Below, piece by piece: positions 33,238-45,396 of a stretch of 64,000 nt of DNA. The DNA is from an uncultured delta proteobacterium (GTDB taxonomy: Bacteria > Desulfobacterota > Zymogenia > Zymogenales > Zymogenaceae). The stretch covers positions 1-64,000 of the forward strand of contig CAWBYW010000011.1 of the NCBI GenBank assembly GCA_963792965.1, written 5' to 3'. The stretch's first letter is position 1. Each line of letters starts with the position of its first letter. The notes under the pieces are model-generated. The model searched no databases, had not been told where the DNA came from, and saw only the letters and a program-made list of their open reading frames with translations. Both the position numbers and the translations under genes were made by a program.

Positions 33238-33876
33238 ATGAAAGACAGCACAAAGAATAGGATCCTCGACGTCTCGATGCGCCTGTTCGGCGCTCACGGT
33301 CTGGACAGGACGCGGGTCGAGGATATCGTCGAGCAGGCCCGGATATCAAGGGCAACGTTCTACAACTATTTCTGCAGTAAGGACGAGGTTTTTTTCTGTC
33401 TGATAGAAACCGAGCTTAATACGATACAGAGGAAAATCGATACGGCGCTGGAACAGGAGGAGGATCCCTTCGCGAAGATAAAGATCTATTTTTTTCAAAT
33501 GATCCTCGGCTCTCGGGAGATCATGCGGCTGTTGAACATCCGGCATGACGAAATCGAGTCATTGCCCCAAGTGCCCAGGAAACTGATGGAATCGGGTCTC
33601 AAAAGCGGTCTGAAAACGGTTAGCGAGATCCTCGATTACGGAGTAAGGCGCGGCGCCTTTACCGTATCGAACCCGGAGCTTACCGCCCACGTCATACTGA
33701 GCGCCCTGGATATATTTGTCAACCCTTTCAAGCTGGGTTCAATCGAATTGGAAACGGCCGAAGAACAGCTCGATCGAGTTCTCGACGTGATCCTTTTCGG
33801 CTTCGCCAAGCGCCGCGGCGCCTCGGCGGCCGCCGAGAGAAATGGAGACAGTCCCACCTTACTAAAACTAAACTGA
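33238..33876 (+). CDS. TetR/AcrR family regulator
   Basis: ILDVSMRLF..TRVEDIVEQARISRATFYNYF. Confidence 0.95.
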   Translation: MKDSTKNRILDVSMRLFGAHGLDRTRVEDIVEQARISRATFYNYFCSKDEVFFCLIETELNTIQRKIDTALEQEEDPFAKIKIYFFQMILGSREIMRLLNIRHDEIESLPQVPRKLMESGLKSGLKTVSEILDYGVRRGAFTVSNPELTAHVILSALDIFVNPFKLGSIELETAEEQLDRVLDVILFGFAKRRGASAAAERNGDSPTLLKLN

Positions 33877-34003
33877 TAATGCGGCTGCGATAAAGTGATC
33901 TGCTGGATCTCGGATGATCCCCAGGCACTCATGCATCGGTATGCTTTACGAAATACTCAATGTGATGCTCTCAGATGAGCGGCGAATTCAAAAGGGATAG
34001 GAT

Positions 34004-35134
34004 ATGAAGAAACTGCATGATGTCATTGGACGATTAAAGGATGTTCCGTGGCCCTTCACCAAACGGCAGACCATCCTCGGCGCATGTGTCGTGGTGGTGG
34101 TGGTTTTTTTCGGGATACGGATATACGGTTACATCGTTAAGGAGCCGACCCTCTCGCTGGAGGAGATCTACAAGATCGAGGGCGTCCCCGTGGAAGTGGC
34201 CGACGTTACCCGCGGGCAGATGGAGATCTGGAAGACTTTTCCCGGGGATCTTAAAGGGATCCGCCAGGCGGAGCTTACCTCCGATCTGAGCACCCGGGTA
34301 GTCAAACTCCTGCATAGCGTGGGTGATCAGGTCAAAAAGGGCGATATCATCATGAAGATCGATCCCAACGATGCATCGAGCATGACCGTCAAGTTCAATG
34401 AGGATCAACAACTTTATCTGAAATCCATTCGGGATTACGAGCGGATGAAGATCCTCTATGAGGCGGGGGCCGTCTCCAAACAGGACTACGAGAACGCCCG
34501 GACCGCGTACGATATCGCCCAGTCTAACTACGGAAAGTCCAAGGAATCGGTGGAGATCCCCGCTCCGTTCGACGGAACGCTGACAAACATTAACGTCAAC
34601 GAGGGCGACCGCATCTCCTCGGGGATGATACTCGGCACCGTAGCCGTCACCGACCAGATGCGGGTGGACCTCAGCCTCTCGGAGGAAAAGGCGAAAATGA
34701 TCGCCAAGGATCAACCTGCAAAGATCGTCGTACCCTTACCGTCCGGTCGGGACGTCACCGTGTCGGGCGTGGTGGATTTCGTATCGCTCTCGGCCGACCC
34801 CATCACCGGTCTCTTCGGCGTACGCGTCACGTTCGAAAATCCCGATGGGATTCTGGTGCCCGGCACCGTCACCCGGGTGCAGATCCTCGTTTTCTCGTCC
34901 CCGGACGCCCTGACTGTCCCCACCTCCGCCCTGTCGACGGAGGGCGATAACCGTTTCGTCTGGATCGTGGATAAAAAGAAGATCGCGACAAAGCGAATGA
35001 TTACCGTGGGCTGGCAGGGAGACGAATCCGTTGAGATTATCGCCGGCGTCAACGTGGGCGACCGGGTCGTCACCAAGGGACAGAACAAATTGACCGACAA
35101 GCCACTCGTCAAGATCCTCAATCCGGAGAAATAA
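34004..35134 (+). CDS. RND periplasmic adaptor (MFP)
   Basis: TM anchor, VGDQVKKGD, helical hairpin, IPAPFDG, GDRVVTKG. Confidence 0.95.
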   Translation: MKKLHDVIGRLKDVPWPFTKRQTILGACVVVVVVFFGIRIYGYIVKEPTLSLEEIYKIEGVPVEVADVTRGQMEIWKTFPGDLKGIRQAELTSDLSTRVVKLLHSVGDQVKKGDIIMKIDPNDASSMTVKFNEDQQLYLKSIRDYERMKILYEAGAVSKQDYENARTAYDIAQSNYGKSKESVEIPAPFDGTLTNINVNEGDRISSGMILGTVAVTDQMRVDLSLSEEKAKMIAKDQPAKIVVPLPSGRDVTVSGVVDFVSLSADPITGLFGVRVTFENPDGILVPGTVTRVQILVFSSPDALTVPTSALSTEGDNRFVWIVDKKKIATKRMITVGWQGDESVEIIAGVNVGDRVVTKGQNKLTDKPLVKILNPEK

Positions 35135-35135
35135 T

Positions 35136-38100
35136 ATGAAGCTCGTCGAGACCGCCGTCAGGCGGCCGGTCCTCACCGTCATGATGGTCACGGTCCTTAT
35201 TGTCCTGGGGCTCTTTTCCTTCAGGCGCCTGACCATAGATCTCTTCCCTAAGGTGGATATCCCCGTGGTCAGCATTACCACCATCTATAAGGGCGCCGGC
35301 CCCAAGGAGGTGGAGAGCCAGGTGACCGAGAAGATCGAAGATGAGGTTTCCACCGTCAGCAACGTCAAGACCGTCAATTCCACCTCGATGGAAAACGCCT
35401 CGATCATCACCGTCGAGTTCAACGTGGGCACCAACATCGATTTCGCGTCCATCGAGATCAAGGATAAGGTGGACTCCATCCTCAATACACTACCGGAGGA
35501 TGTCGAACGGCCCACGGTCGTCAAGTTCGACCTCAACGCCCTGCCGATCATGAACCTTTCGGTTTCATCCGACCGCCCCCTCAACGAGGTCTATGACATC
35601 GCGGATAACCAGATCAGGGACCGGCTCAACCAGATCAACGGCCTGGCCTCCGTCGAGATCGTCGGGGGACTCCAGCGTGAGATCCAGGTGAACGTCAGCA
35701 AGGAGGCGCTTCTCCGATACGGGCTCACCATCAACGATCTGGCGGCCGTTATCGGGGCCGAGAACAAAAATGTACCTGTGGGGCGCCTGACGCGGCCCGA
35801 GGGAGAATACACGCTGCGTGTTCAGGGCGAGTATACAACCATAGCCGACATTGCGGCCACTACCGTCGCCACGCCAAAGGGGGGGACGGTCACCATCGGG
35901 GATATCGCGACCGTTAAGGACTCCTTCAAGGAGCGGCGGGACTCGGCCACATACAACGGAAGGCCGTCGGTGGGCGTCATCATCTACAAGCGCTCCGACG
36001 CCAACACGGTTCAGGTGGCCACGGACGTATATCTCGCCATCAGGGACCTCAAGAAGATGATCCCCGAGGGTTATGAGATAGGCCTTGCCCAGGACAACTC
36101 GACTTTCATCACACGGTCGGTCAACGACGTGTTAATGAACATCGTCCTCGGCATTCTTATCACCGCGTTTTTCCTCTATGTCTTCCTGCACAATTTGCGT
36201 TTCACCTTCATCGTATCCATGACGATGCCCACGTGCATCATCTCCTCGTTTATCCTCATCTACGCCGCGGGTTTTACCCTCAACGTAATCAGCCTCATGG
36301 CGCTGGGTATCTCCGTCGGGATGCTTGTCAACGACTCGCTGCTGATACTGGAGAATATCGATCGCCATATCTCAATGGGCGAGCCTCCGGCGATGGCCGC
36401 CAACAACGGCGCCTCGGAGATCGCCCTTGCGGTATCGGCAACCACCATGACGCACATGGTGGTCTTCACCCCCATCGCGTTCATGAGCGGCATTATCGGC
36501 CAGTTCTTCAAGCAGTTCGGGATCACCGTGGTCTTCGTCACGGCCATATCGCTCTTGTGCGCCTTTACCTTGACGCCGATGCTTGCCTCAAAGCTCCTCG
36601 GACAGAGGAAGAAGACCGGGCGAGGGGAGGCTGGCGCGGATGAAATACGTCCATCGCGGACGGGAGATCATCAGGGCATTTTTTAGTAGATGGGACAAGC
36701 TTTACGAGAATATAAAATCGCGCTATGGGACCGGCCTCCTCTGGTGCCTCAACCACCCGAAACAGACGGTACTGACGGCGCTGGGCCTCTTTTTACTCTC
36801 CTTCGTCCTCCTCTTTCTGGTGGGCGGCGAGTTCACGCCTTACACCGATCAGGGCTACATGGTCGTGGAGGCAACGATGCCGTCCCAGACGACGCTTGAG
36901 GAGACCGAGCGCGTCATGACGGAGATAGCCGCAATCGTAAAGAAACACCCCGAGGTAGAGAGCACCTTCATCTCAATCGGGGGAACAAACATGGGCATCA
37001 ACGAAGGTCAGCTGATCGTCAAGCTCGTCCCCCTTTCCGACAGGGATCTGACAAGCAGGGAGTTCGTGAACGTCATCAGGCCGGAGCTCGCGTCCATCCC
37101 GTCTGCGGATATTACTCTCTCCGAGAACACCTCCATATCCGGACGGGCCGAAGCCGGCGTCACCGTCGATGTGACCGGCCCCGACCTGGACACTGTGAGA
37201 AAGCTCTCAAATGAAATGTTGACGTTCATGTCCGCCAACAAAGGGCTGACGGACGTGAAGACCTCAGAAAAGGATCCGAAGCCCGAGATCCGTTTCATCC
37301 CGGATCGGTACCGGATATCCTCTTTCGGCATCAACACCTCCGCGGTCTATTCCGCCCTCAGGACGTCGTTTGAGGGGGACGTGCCCTCGGTCTTCAGGGA
37401 CAAAGGCAAGGAATACGACATCCGGGTGAGGCTTGCGGAGGCGGACCGCACCGACGTCGATTCCTTTTCGGGCGTGATGATCGCCACTCCGAAGGGAGCG
37501 GTCCCCGTCAGCCGCCTGGGGGACGTGGCGAAAACGACCGGGGAATCGGAGATACTGCGCAAGAACCGCAACAAGCTCATCACGGTATCGGCAAACATCG
37601 GCTCGGGGACGCTCGGCGACTATGAGGCAAAGATCAAATCAAAGAGGGCCGACATGGACGTCCCTCAGGGGTACACCGTGGCGCTCGCCGGCGAGAGCGA
37701 GCGCAAGGCCGAGGCCTTCGGGGACCTCTTCGGGGCGCTCTTCTTGTCGATTATCCTCGTCTATATCCTCCTGGCGGCCATGCTCGAATCCTACGTCCAC
37801 CCGTTCACGATCATGCTCTCGCTCCCACTGGGTCTCATCGGCGTGGCCACGGCGCTGTTCATCGGGAGACAGACCATCAACATACTGTCGATGATGGCCG
37901 TCATCATGCTCGTCGGCGTCGTCGTCAATAACTCCATCCTGATACTCGAAAACGCCGGCCGGCTACGGGACGAGGGGATGCCCCGCCGGAAGGCCCTCGT
38001 TGAGTCCTGTAACCTCAAGTTCCGGCCGCTTGCCATGGCAAACCTCGCCATTGCGTGTTCCCTCATCCCGCAGCTCCTCGGCAACGCCGAGACCGGATTC

Positions 38101-38265
38101 CAGAAAGCGATGGGGACGGCCACGATCGGCGGAATCCTGACAGCGGGGGTCTTCACCCTCTTCCTGATCCCGGTTATTTACGAGTACCTCGACCGATTCA
38201 CCAAGAAGGGACGGCTGGAGTCGGAGAAATCACGACCGGCGCGACGGCCGGGAGACCGAAACTGA
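35136..38265 (+). CDS. RND efflux permease, frameshift near 36620
   Basis: AVRRPV, DLFPKVDIP..GAGPKEVE; second half AMLESYVHPFTIM in the adjacent frame. Confidence 0.93.
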
Positions 38266-38752
38266 TCGATAGAGGGTCCGGACCAGGTGACTCCTATTTT
38301 ATAGGAGATAAAAAAGAGGGGGGCAAACAGCCCTCCCTCTCTGCATCTCCTGCGTGTCTTTCCGTAAGGCGCCTTCTGCGTTCCCCCTCGTGCGGCCGTC
38401 GAAAGACCTCTCCGCGAGACGATACCGATACGACGGACTATTGATGTAGCGTCGGGCGTGCGTACTCGGAAGGGGGTGGGCGAGGGAAGGGGATAGAGGG
38501 AGTTTTTTCCCGGTCTGATGATATTTGTCCGAAGGTTCCTATATCCCACGCGGTTTAATATAGAACACGCACGTTATTCGATGGGGAGAGCGCACCTCCT
38601 TTTCGCCTTCAGGATTGGGTTCAATAAAGGTCGCTATAATCCGATAATATTGTCTATCGGTATATACTTTCGGATAAAACTATAGTAAAATAGTTAGAGT
38701 TTATTAGGCGCCGCAGGTCGGCGGACGATAGTACGGACAAGGAGTTAGAGTC

Positions 38753-39677
38753 GTGGTAAATAAGAATAGACGTTTCGCGCTTATCATTCTTATCCCGGTT
38801 GCGCTCGCACTGATGGTTCTGATCGGGATCAGGTTCGGTGGTTCCAAATTGTTTGCAAAAGAAGGAGTGAACGAGACCACCGCAAGTCCCGTGTCGGCGG
38901 TTGTGGTGAACATCGGCACCATATCCGACACCCTTTCCTACACCGGAGACCTACACGCCGAGGAGGAAGCCCTCGTCTACAGCATGGTTAACGGAAGAGT
39001 CGTGAAGTATAACCATAAGGATGGCGATAAGGTATCCAAAGGCTCCCCACTGGTGACGCTGGAGAGGGAAGAAACCTGGGACGGATTCAAGCCGGTTATC
39101 GTCGAGTCGCCTATCTCGGGGACGGTCGCCACAAACTATCTGACTACCGGCGAACGGGCGACACCCGAGACGCCGCTGGCGCTCGTTGTCGGAGGAGGCG
39201 CAATCACAGTAAACATCAAGGTGCCCGACAAAGAGGTTGCCCGGATCGATAAAGGCATGAAGGCCGAGCTGACTGTTGCTACGGCGCCGGGCGTCGTGTA
39301 TGAGGGCACGGTAGAACGGGTGAGCCCGGTGATCGACCGGACGACCCGAACTTCGCAGGTGGAGATACGCATCAGCTGATGCGGACGGATCGCTCCGCGC
39401 GGGGATGTTCGGGAACGTCACCATCATCCTGGAAGAGAAGAGTGATGCGCTCCTGATTCCCGCGGGGTCCGTGATTTTCGAAAAGGAGGGAAATGAAGAC
39501 CCGTATTGCTTCGTCATCGAAAAGAATGTTGCGAAAAAAAGGGCCCTTACCGTTGGAATCACTCAGAAAGATGTGATAGAGGTAGTCTCGGGCCTGACAG
39601 CGGGAGATAAGGTGGCAACGCTCGGAAAAGAGAACCTGAGCGACGGCACGGCAGTTAGAATCGTCGAATCCTTTTAG
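38753..39677 (+). CDS. RND periplasmic adaptor lacking the alpha-hairpin; frameshift at about 39377
   Basis: GDKVSKGSPL..VESPISG separated by only about 15 aa; continues DADGSLRAGMFG after a one-base shift. Confidence 0.85.
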
Positions 39678-39688
39678 GGGTCTCTTTA

Positions 39689-42600
39689 ATGGCGCTGCTG
39701 AGATATTTCGTCAAGAACCACGTGCTCGTCAATATGATCACGCTGGGCGTGCTGCTGCTCGGCGTGGTCCTCACCTCCAGGCTCAACCGTGAGGTGATGC
39801 CCTCGATTTCCTACGGGACGATCAGCATTACGACGGCCTATCCGGGGGCGTCTCCGGAAGAGGTGGAGGGGGTCGTCACCACGCCCTTCGAGGAGGCGCT
39901 CGCCGGCACCCAGGGGATCAAGACCCTCGAGTCGCAATCAAGGGAGGGGGAATCCGATATAACCATCACGGCAGAGAGCGGCATCGAGGGACCGGCGCTC
40001 GACCAGCTGCTCAACGATGTAAAGAATAAGGTGGGCACCGTCCAGGATATTCCCACGGACGTCCAGCAGCCACAATACGAAAAGTTCTCCCCGAACTTCT
40101 CGGTCGTCACGGTGACGCTGTCCGGTGACGCTCCCGAGGAGACGCTCAGGGCCGCTTCCGAGCGGATCAAGACGGAAATAGAGGCAATCGACGGTATTGA
40201 CTCGGTCGAGCGGGACGGCTACCGCGACCGGGAGGTGTGGGTATCCGTGGACCCACGGCGGCTTGAAGCGGCCAATCTCTCGATGTCCGATGTTGTCACA
40301 GCCATCAGGAACCGGAACCTTAACATCCCCGGCGGCACCATCGACCTGGGGAGGAAAGAGCTGTTGGTCCGCACGATCGGCGAGGTCGAAGGTCCCGCGG
40401 ACGTGGGAAACGTCATCGTGCGGTCGCTCGGCAGCGGCGTCGACCAGGGTGGGCGACATCGCCGATGTGACGGAGACCTATAAGAAATGGGACGTGATCG
40501 GCCGCATCAACGGGAAACCCTCCATCAACCTTCAGGCCAACAAGACGGCCAGCGGCGATATAATCAAGATCGTCGGCGAGATAAGGAATCTGGTTCAGGA
40601 AGAGAAGTCCATCCTTCCCCCCGGGGTTAAGATCGACCTGGTCCGTGATAATTCTGTTGTGGTCCAGAAGAGGCAGAGGAAACTCTTCACGGACGGGATA
40701 GTGGGACTGATCCTCGTGCTGGTCATCATGTATCTGATTCTCGACGCGAAGATTGCGCTCTGGTCGGCCGCCTCGATCCCCTTTTCCTTCCTGTTGTCCC
40801 TTATTATCATGTACTACATGGGGATCACGCTCAACCTCCTGTCGATGTTCGGGCTCATCCTTGTCCTCGGGATGGTCGTCGACCAGGCCATCGTCGTGGC
40901 CGAGAACTCGTTCCGATACCGGGAGATGGGACTATCCATGGAAGAGTCCGTCCTCACGGGCACCCATGAGGTCATCATGCCGGTGGCCGCGGCCGTTACG
41001 GCCCACGTCGCATCGCTCTTACCGTTGATGTTCACCTCGGGCATCATGGGGAAATTTCTGAAGGTCATCCCCGAGGTGGGGATCATCTGCTTCCTTGCCT
41101 CCTGGTTCCAGGCCTTCTTCATCCTTCCCTCGAACCTGAACCAGTTCGTAAGGATCTCCGTGCACCAAAAGAAGCAGGACTTCCGCTCCTGGTTCAACAA
41201 GGTCAGGGATTTTTACGGCGAGCTTCTCACCTATGCGCTGAGGCGGCGCTACCTGATCTTTATCGGCCTTAATGTCGTGGCAGTCACGACGATAATTTTC
41301 GGCTTCCTGACCATGGAGTTCGTCTGGATGGGGATGGGGAAATCAACAGATGAGCAGTTCAACATCATGATAAGCAACCCGGTCAACAGCAACCTGAACG
41401 AGACCGACCGGGTGATGAAGCAGATGGAGAAAGTCGTGATGGACCTTCCCGCGGGTGAGGTGGCCTCCGTGGTGACCACCGTCGGAAGGTCCCGGGGTGA
41501 AAACGGCACCTACCTCGGCCGGATTTTAGTGGAGCTGACCGAGAAGGGATACAAGAAGGTAGGTACCGACCAAATTATCGATTCGCTCAGGAAGAAGTTC
41601 GGGCTTATCCCCGGCCCGACGTCGATCACACTGCAAAAGCAGACGGGAGGCCCCCCGACCGGTTCCCCGGTTTCCGTGGAAATCTCGGGAGAAGACTTTG
41701 GAATTCTGGACAAACTCGCGCATCAGGTCATGAATGAGTTGAAGACGGTAAGGGGGGTCACCGATATCGAAAGTAACTACCTCAAGGGAAAAGACGAATA
41801 CAGGATCGACATTGACGAGTATAAGGCCAGGACGCTCGGGCTCGATGTCGCAAAGGTGTCGACCGAGATCCGCGACGCCTTTTCCGGCGGCGACGGTGGA
41901 AACATCAGGCGTGGTGATGAGAAGATCAACATCGTCGTTAAGTATAATGACCTTTTCCAGAACCCGAACTACCTGATGAACTTCTCCGTCCCCAACTCAA
42001 CCGGGGATCGAATCCCGATCAGGAGCCTTGCCGACGTCGTCTACGGCAGCGGGATATTCAAGGTATATCACTCCGACCGAAAACGGACGATCACCGTCAC
42101 CGCCGACATCATCAGCGATGAAAATACGTCCGCCGGTGTCACTAAGGAGCTGATGAAGAAGTTCGGGACCGCAAGCACGGTGTATCCCGGGTACTTCTTC
42201 AGTTATACCGGCGAATACCAGGATACGCAGGAGTCGCTGAAATCGATGATCCAGGCGCTGTGGCTCGTGCTCGGGATCATCTACATCATCCTGGCGGTGC
42301 TGTTCCGCTCCTTCATCCAGCCCGTCATCATTATGTTCGCCATCCCCTTTGCCTTCATCGGGGTCTTCTTCGGGCTCTTCGTCATGGGCGAGCAGCTGTC
42401 GCTGTTTGCCTTCATCGGGGTGATCGCGCTTATGGGGATCGTCGTGAGCAACTCGATCCTGCTGCTTGATTTCATCAATCGCGCCAGAGCTGCGGGCAGG
42501 CCGCTGTTCGAGGCGGTCAAGGAATCGGGGATGATACGTCTGAGGCCCATACTGCTGACGAGCCTCACGATCCTGATGGGGCTTTTCCCGATGGCCTTTG

Positions 42601-42776
42601 CGATCGGCGGGCGCGAGCAGCTTCTCACGCCCATGGCGGTGTCAATGTTCTGGGGCATCCTCTTTTCAACGATGCTCACCCTCTTTGTGGTACCTTGCCT
42701 CTACGTCATCGTCGAAGACATCAAGGGACGTTACCCGAAGGTTTTCGGGCCGGGCGCTGAGCCCTCCCGCTCATGA
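39689..42776 (+). CDS. RND efflux permease, frameshift near 40445
   Basis: YPGASPEEVE, RNLNIPGG, RLRPILLT. Confidence 0.93.
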
Positions 42777-42905
42777 GTGGCGATGAGTGAAGCGACCGCC
42801 GAGGCCTTCGTGCCGGCTGTCCTTCCCTCGTATTATTCCTGCTTTCCGCGATTGCATCAACCGGGTCAATACTGTATAATCTCCAAAACTGGAGGTGGTA
42901 TCGGG

Positions 42906-43853
42906 GTGAAGACAGATGACCTGTTAGTCGAGCCGGTTTGCGATGACCTCTTTTGTCTGCGACCCGCACACTCTATGTGGCCCGCGGCCGCGGCGGTCTA
43001 CGTCGTTGTCGATTCAGACGGCTTTTCGCTCATCGATGTCGGATGCGGCGGCCCGGGGGCGATTGAGCGGTTACGAGCGGGTCTAAAAAGTCTGGGGCTT
43101 GAGCTTGCGTCTCTTAAGACCGTGGTCCTCTCCCATGCCCATCCCGACCACATGGGCGCAGCCGAGATGCTCTTGAATGAATGCCGGCCCACCGTTCTTA
43201 TCCACCGTGACGATTTTGATCATGCACGAAACCCCGATGGGCTTATTGGCACCTTCGATATCGATCTTGCACGGCGGATGTACGGCAAGGCGGAGGGCCC
43301 GGTGAGCGACCTTTTTTCTTTCTTCGACGGATCGGGGTGATCGATGTCTCGTGCCGACCCGGGCGGGTCGCTCTCAGAAGGGGATGTCGTTACACTCGGC
43401 CACTACCGTTTTGAGGTGATACATACCCCCGGCCATTCGCCGGGCCACATCTCGCTCTTCGATCGAAAGACAAAAATCCTCTTCGGAGGTGACCTCGTGG
43501 GAGATATCGTGGCATGGTACACCCCGGCGTCGGGCGGGGTAACGGGCTATCTTAAGAGCCTCGAGAAGATTCAGGCATGCAAGGCGAGCCTCATCCTCCC
43601 CTCTCACGGAATGATCGTCCACGATCCGATCAAAAAAATCGACCAGGTAAGAGAAAAGCTCCTTTCCAGGGAGAGGAAGATGCTGAGCATCTTAAGTGAG
43701 GGGAGGGTTTCCTTTACAGGGCTGGTGAGGCGAATGTTTCCCAACGAGATGGTCCGATTTTTTCCCGGTACCGGCATCACGGAGAGTCACGCCCAAAAAC
43801 TGGAGGGAGAGGGTAAGGTGAGGCGCATCGGCGCAGAAATCGAGATCATATGA
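42906..43853 (+). CDS. MBL-fold metallo-hydrolase with an in-frame UGA (codon 145), candidate selenoprotein
   Basis: SHAHPDHMG before the TGA (43338-43340); HTPGHSPGH, GGD and PSHG after it, in the same frame; GGAGGT RBS before GTG 42906. Confidence 0.85.
43342..43389 (+). promoter_or_regulatory. Candidate bacterial SECIS element
   Basis: Upper stem CGACCC/GGGTCG with GGGC loop 20 nt after the UGA; lower 9-bp stem 43342-43350/43381-43389. Confidence 0.6.
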
Positions 43854-43934
43854 GCGTGAGAATGGAGATCGCGCACCGGTAGCCCGTCAGGGTAACTCCA
43901 TAGTCAGGCGACCGCCGTTAGTTTTTTCACCACC

Positions 43935-44735
43935 ATGTCCATCGAACATAAATTCCTCTTTTTCCCCGAGCCGACGATTTACGAGACGCCGGCCGATTAC
44001 GGTCTTGCGTACGAGGACGTCTCCTATACGACCCAGGACGGCGTTACGATCAACGCCTGGTTTGTCCCGGCATCGGAGGACGCGCCGGTCATGCTCTGGT
44101 GCCACGGCAACGCCGGTAACATCTCTCACCGCACCGATAACATCGCGCGCCTCATCCCCTGGGGCATATCGGTCTTCATCTTCGACTACCGGGGATACGG
44201 AAGGAGCGGGGGCGGGATCACGGAACAGGGGCTCTATCTCGACGCCTGGGGGGCCTATCGGTATCTTGTCGACACGCGGGGCATCCCCACGTCAGCCGTC
44301 GCCCCCTTCGGGCGCTCGATGGGGGGACCCGTGGCGGTGGACCTGGCCACACGCGCCGAATTTCCCTGCCTCGTCCTCGAGTCGACCTTCCCGAGCCTGA
44401 AAGATGCCACCGCCTCGATCTACCCCGGGATGGGGCTGGAAAATCTCCTCACCATGCGGTTTGACGCGAGCGAAAAGATACGGCGCGTCCACTCCCCGGT
44501 CCTTTTCCTGCACGGAGACGCGGATGAGATCATCGACATCGAGCTGGGGCGCCGCCTCTTTGATAGCGCGCACGACCCCAAGACCTTCTATGTGATCACG
44601 GGAGCGATGCACAACGACACGTTTGATGTCGGGGGTGATGAATACTTCTCAACGCTGACAAGCTTCATTAAAAAAAATACGGGAGGCAAGGCCGCCCCGA
44701 AGCGCGGCCCTGCTCCCGCACAGGATAAGCGATAG
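43935..44735 (+). CDS. Alpha/beta hydrolase (BEM46/ABHD-like)
   Basis: CHGNAGNIS, DYRGYG, GRSMGG, HGDADE, GAMHND. Confidence 0.95.
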   Translation: MSIEHKFLFFPEPTIYETPADYGLAYEDVSYTTQDGVTINAWFVPASEDAPVMLWCHGNAGNISHRTDNIARLIPWGISVFIFDYRGYGRSGGGITEQGLYLDAWGAYRYLVDTRGIPTSAVAPFGRSMGGPVAVDLATRAEFPCLVLESTFPSLKDATASIYPGMGLENLLTMRFDASEKIRRVHSPVLFLHGDADEIIDIELGRRLFDSAHDPKTFYVITGAMHNDTFDVGGDEYFSTLTSFIKKNTGGKAAPKRGPAPAQDKR

Positions 44736-44739
44736 CGGC

Positions 44740-44922
44740 CTATTTTGAGGCAGATCTCATGAGGCTGATCGCGATCACGAAAAAAAGCGACAGAAAAGTA
44801 ACGGCGTAAAAAGAGCTGGGTCCAAGCCCGAAGATCCCCTCGTGGAAAAAGAGCCTCACGACGATGCAGAGAAGAAAGCCAATCAGCGCAAGAAGAAGAA
44901 AAAGATACGAGAATATTCTCAT
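44740..44922 (-). CDS. 60-aa two-TM membrane protein
   Basis: GGAGGGAG RBS; MRIFSYLFLLLALIGFLLCIVVRL... Confidence 0.7.
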   Translation of the reverse strand: MRIFSYLFLLLALIGFLLCIVVRLFFHEGIFGLGPSSFYAVTFLSLFFVIAISLMRSASK

Positions 44923-45095
44923 CTCTCCCTCCTTTGGGATTCCGATGAACGTCAATCTCCAGGGGCCTTCCCGGTGAAAAATCCAACCGGGCAGCCGCGC
45001 GCATGAACAACCGCCCGGCACCTCCGCAAACGGCCGCCGGCGCGGAAGAAATGGATGAGTAGCCCTTCTCCGGGCGGCCTTCACCTCCGGGCGTG

Positions 45096-45296
45096 TTACT
45101 TCTTCTTCGCGCGGATCTTAACCAGGAGGAAGGTGATCGCGAAGAAGAGACAGGTATCGACGAAGCTCATGAGCGAGTGCGGGTAGAGGTCGAAGGCGAC
45201 AGGGTGTCCTCCCATCAATTTCAGGACGATGGCCGCAATGAAACCGAGCACTGCGGCGATGACAAGGATCCAGATAAGGATAGACAAGGCTTTCAT
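45096..45296 (-). CDS. 66-aa two-TM membrane protein
   Basis: GGAGGT RBS; two hydrophobic helices, basic tail. Confidence 0.75.
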   Translation of the reverse strand: MKALSILIWILVIAAVLGFIAAIVLKLMGGHPVAFDLYPHSLMSFVDTCLFFAITFLLVKIRAKKK

Positions 45297-45396
45297 GATG
45301 ACCTCCTCTCAAAAGATTAAAGGTTCATCTCCATTGCTGTGCCCTCACCGATGAAAGACAAAAGAAATCGGTGGGAGTTGCCCATTCGCGTATGCC

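Noticed and set aside
39377-39379. TGA in the second adaptor as selenocysteine
   Set aside because: The continuation is in a different frame, so this is a one-base insertion.
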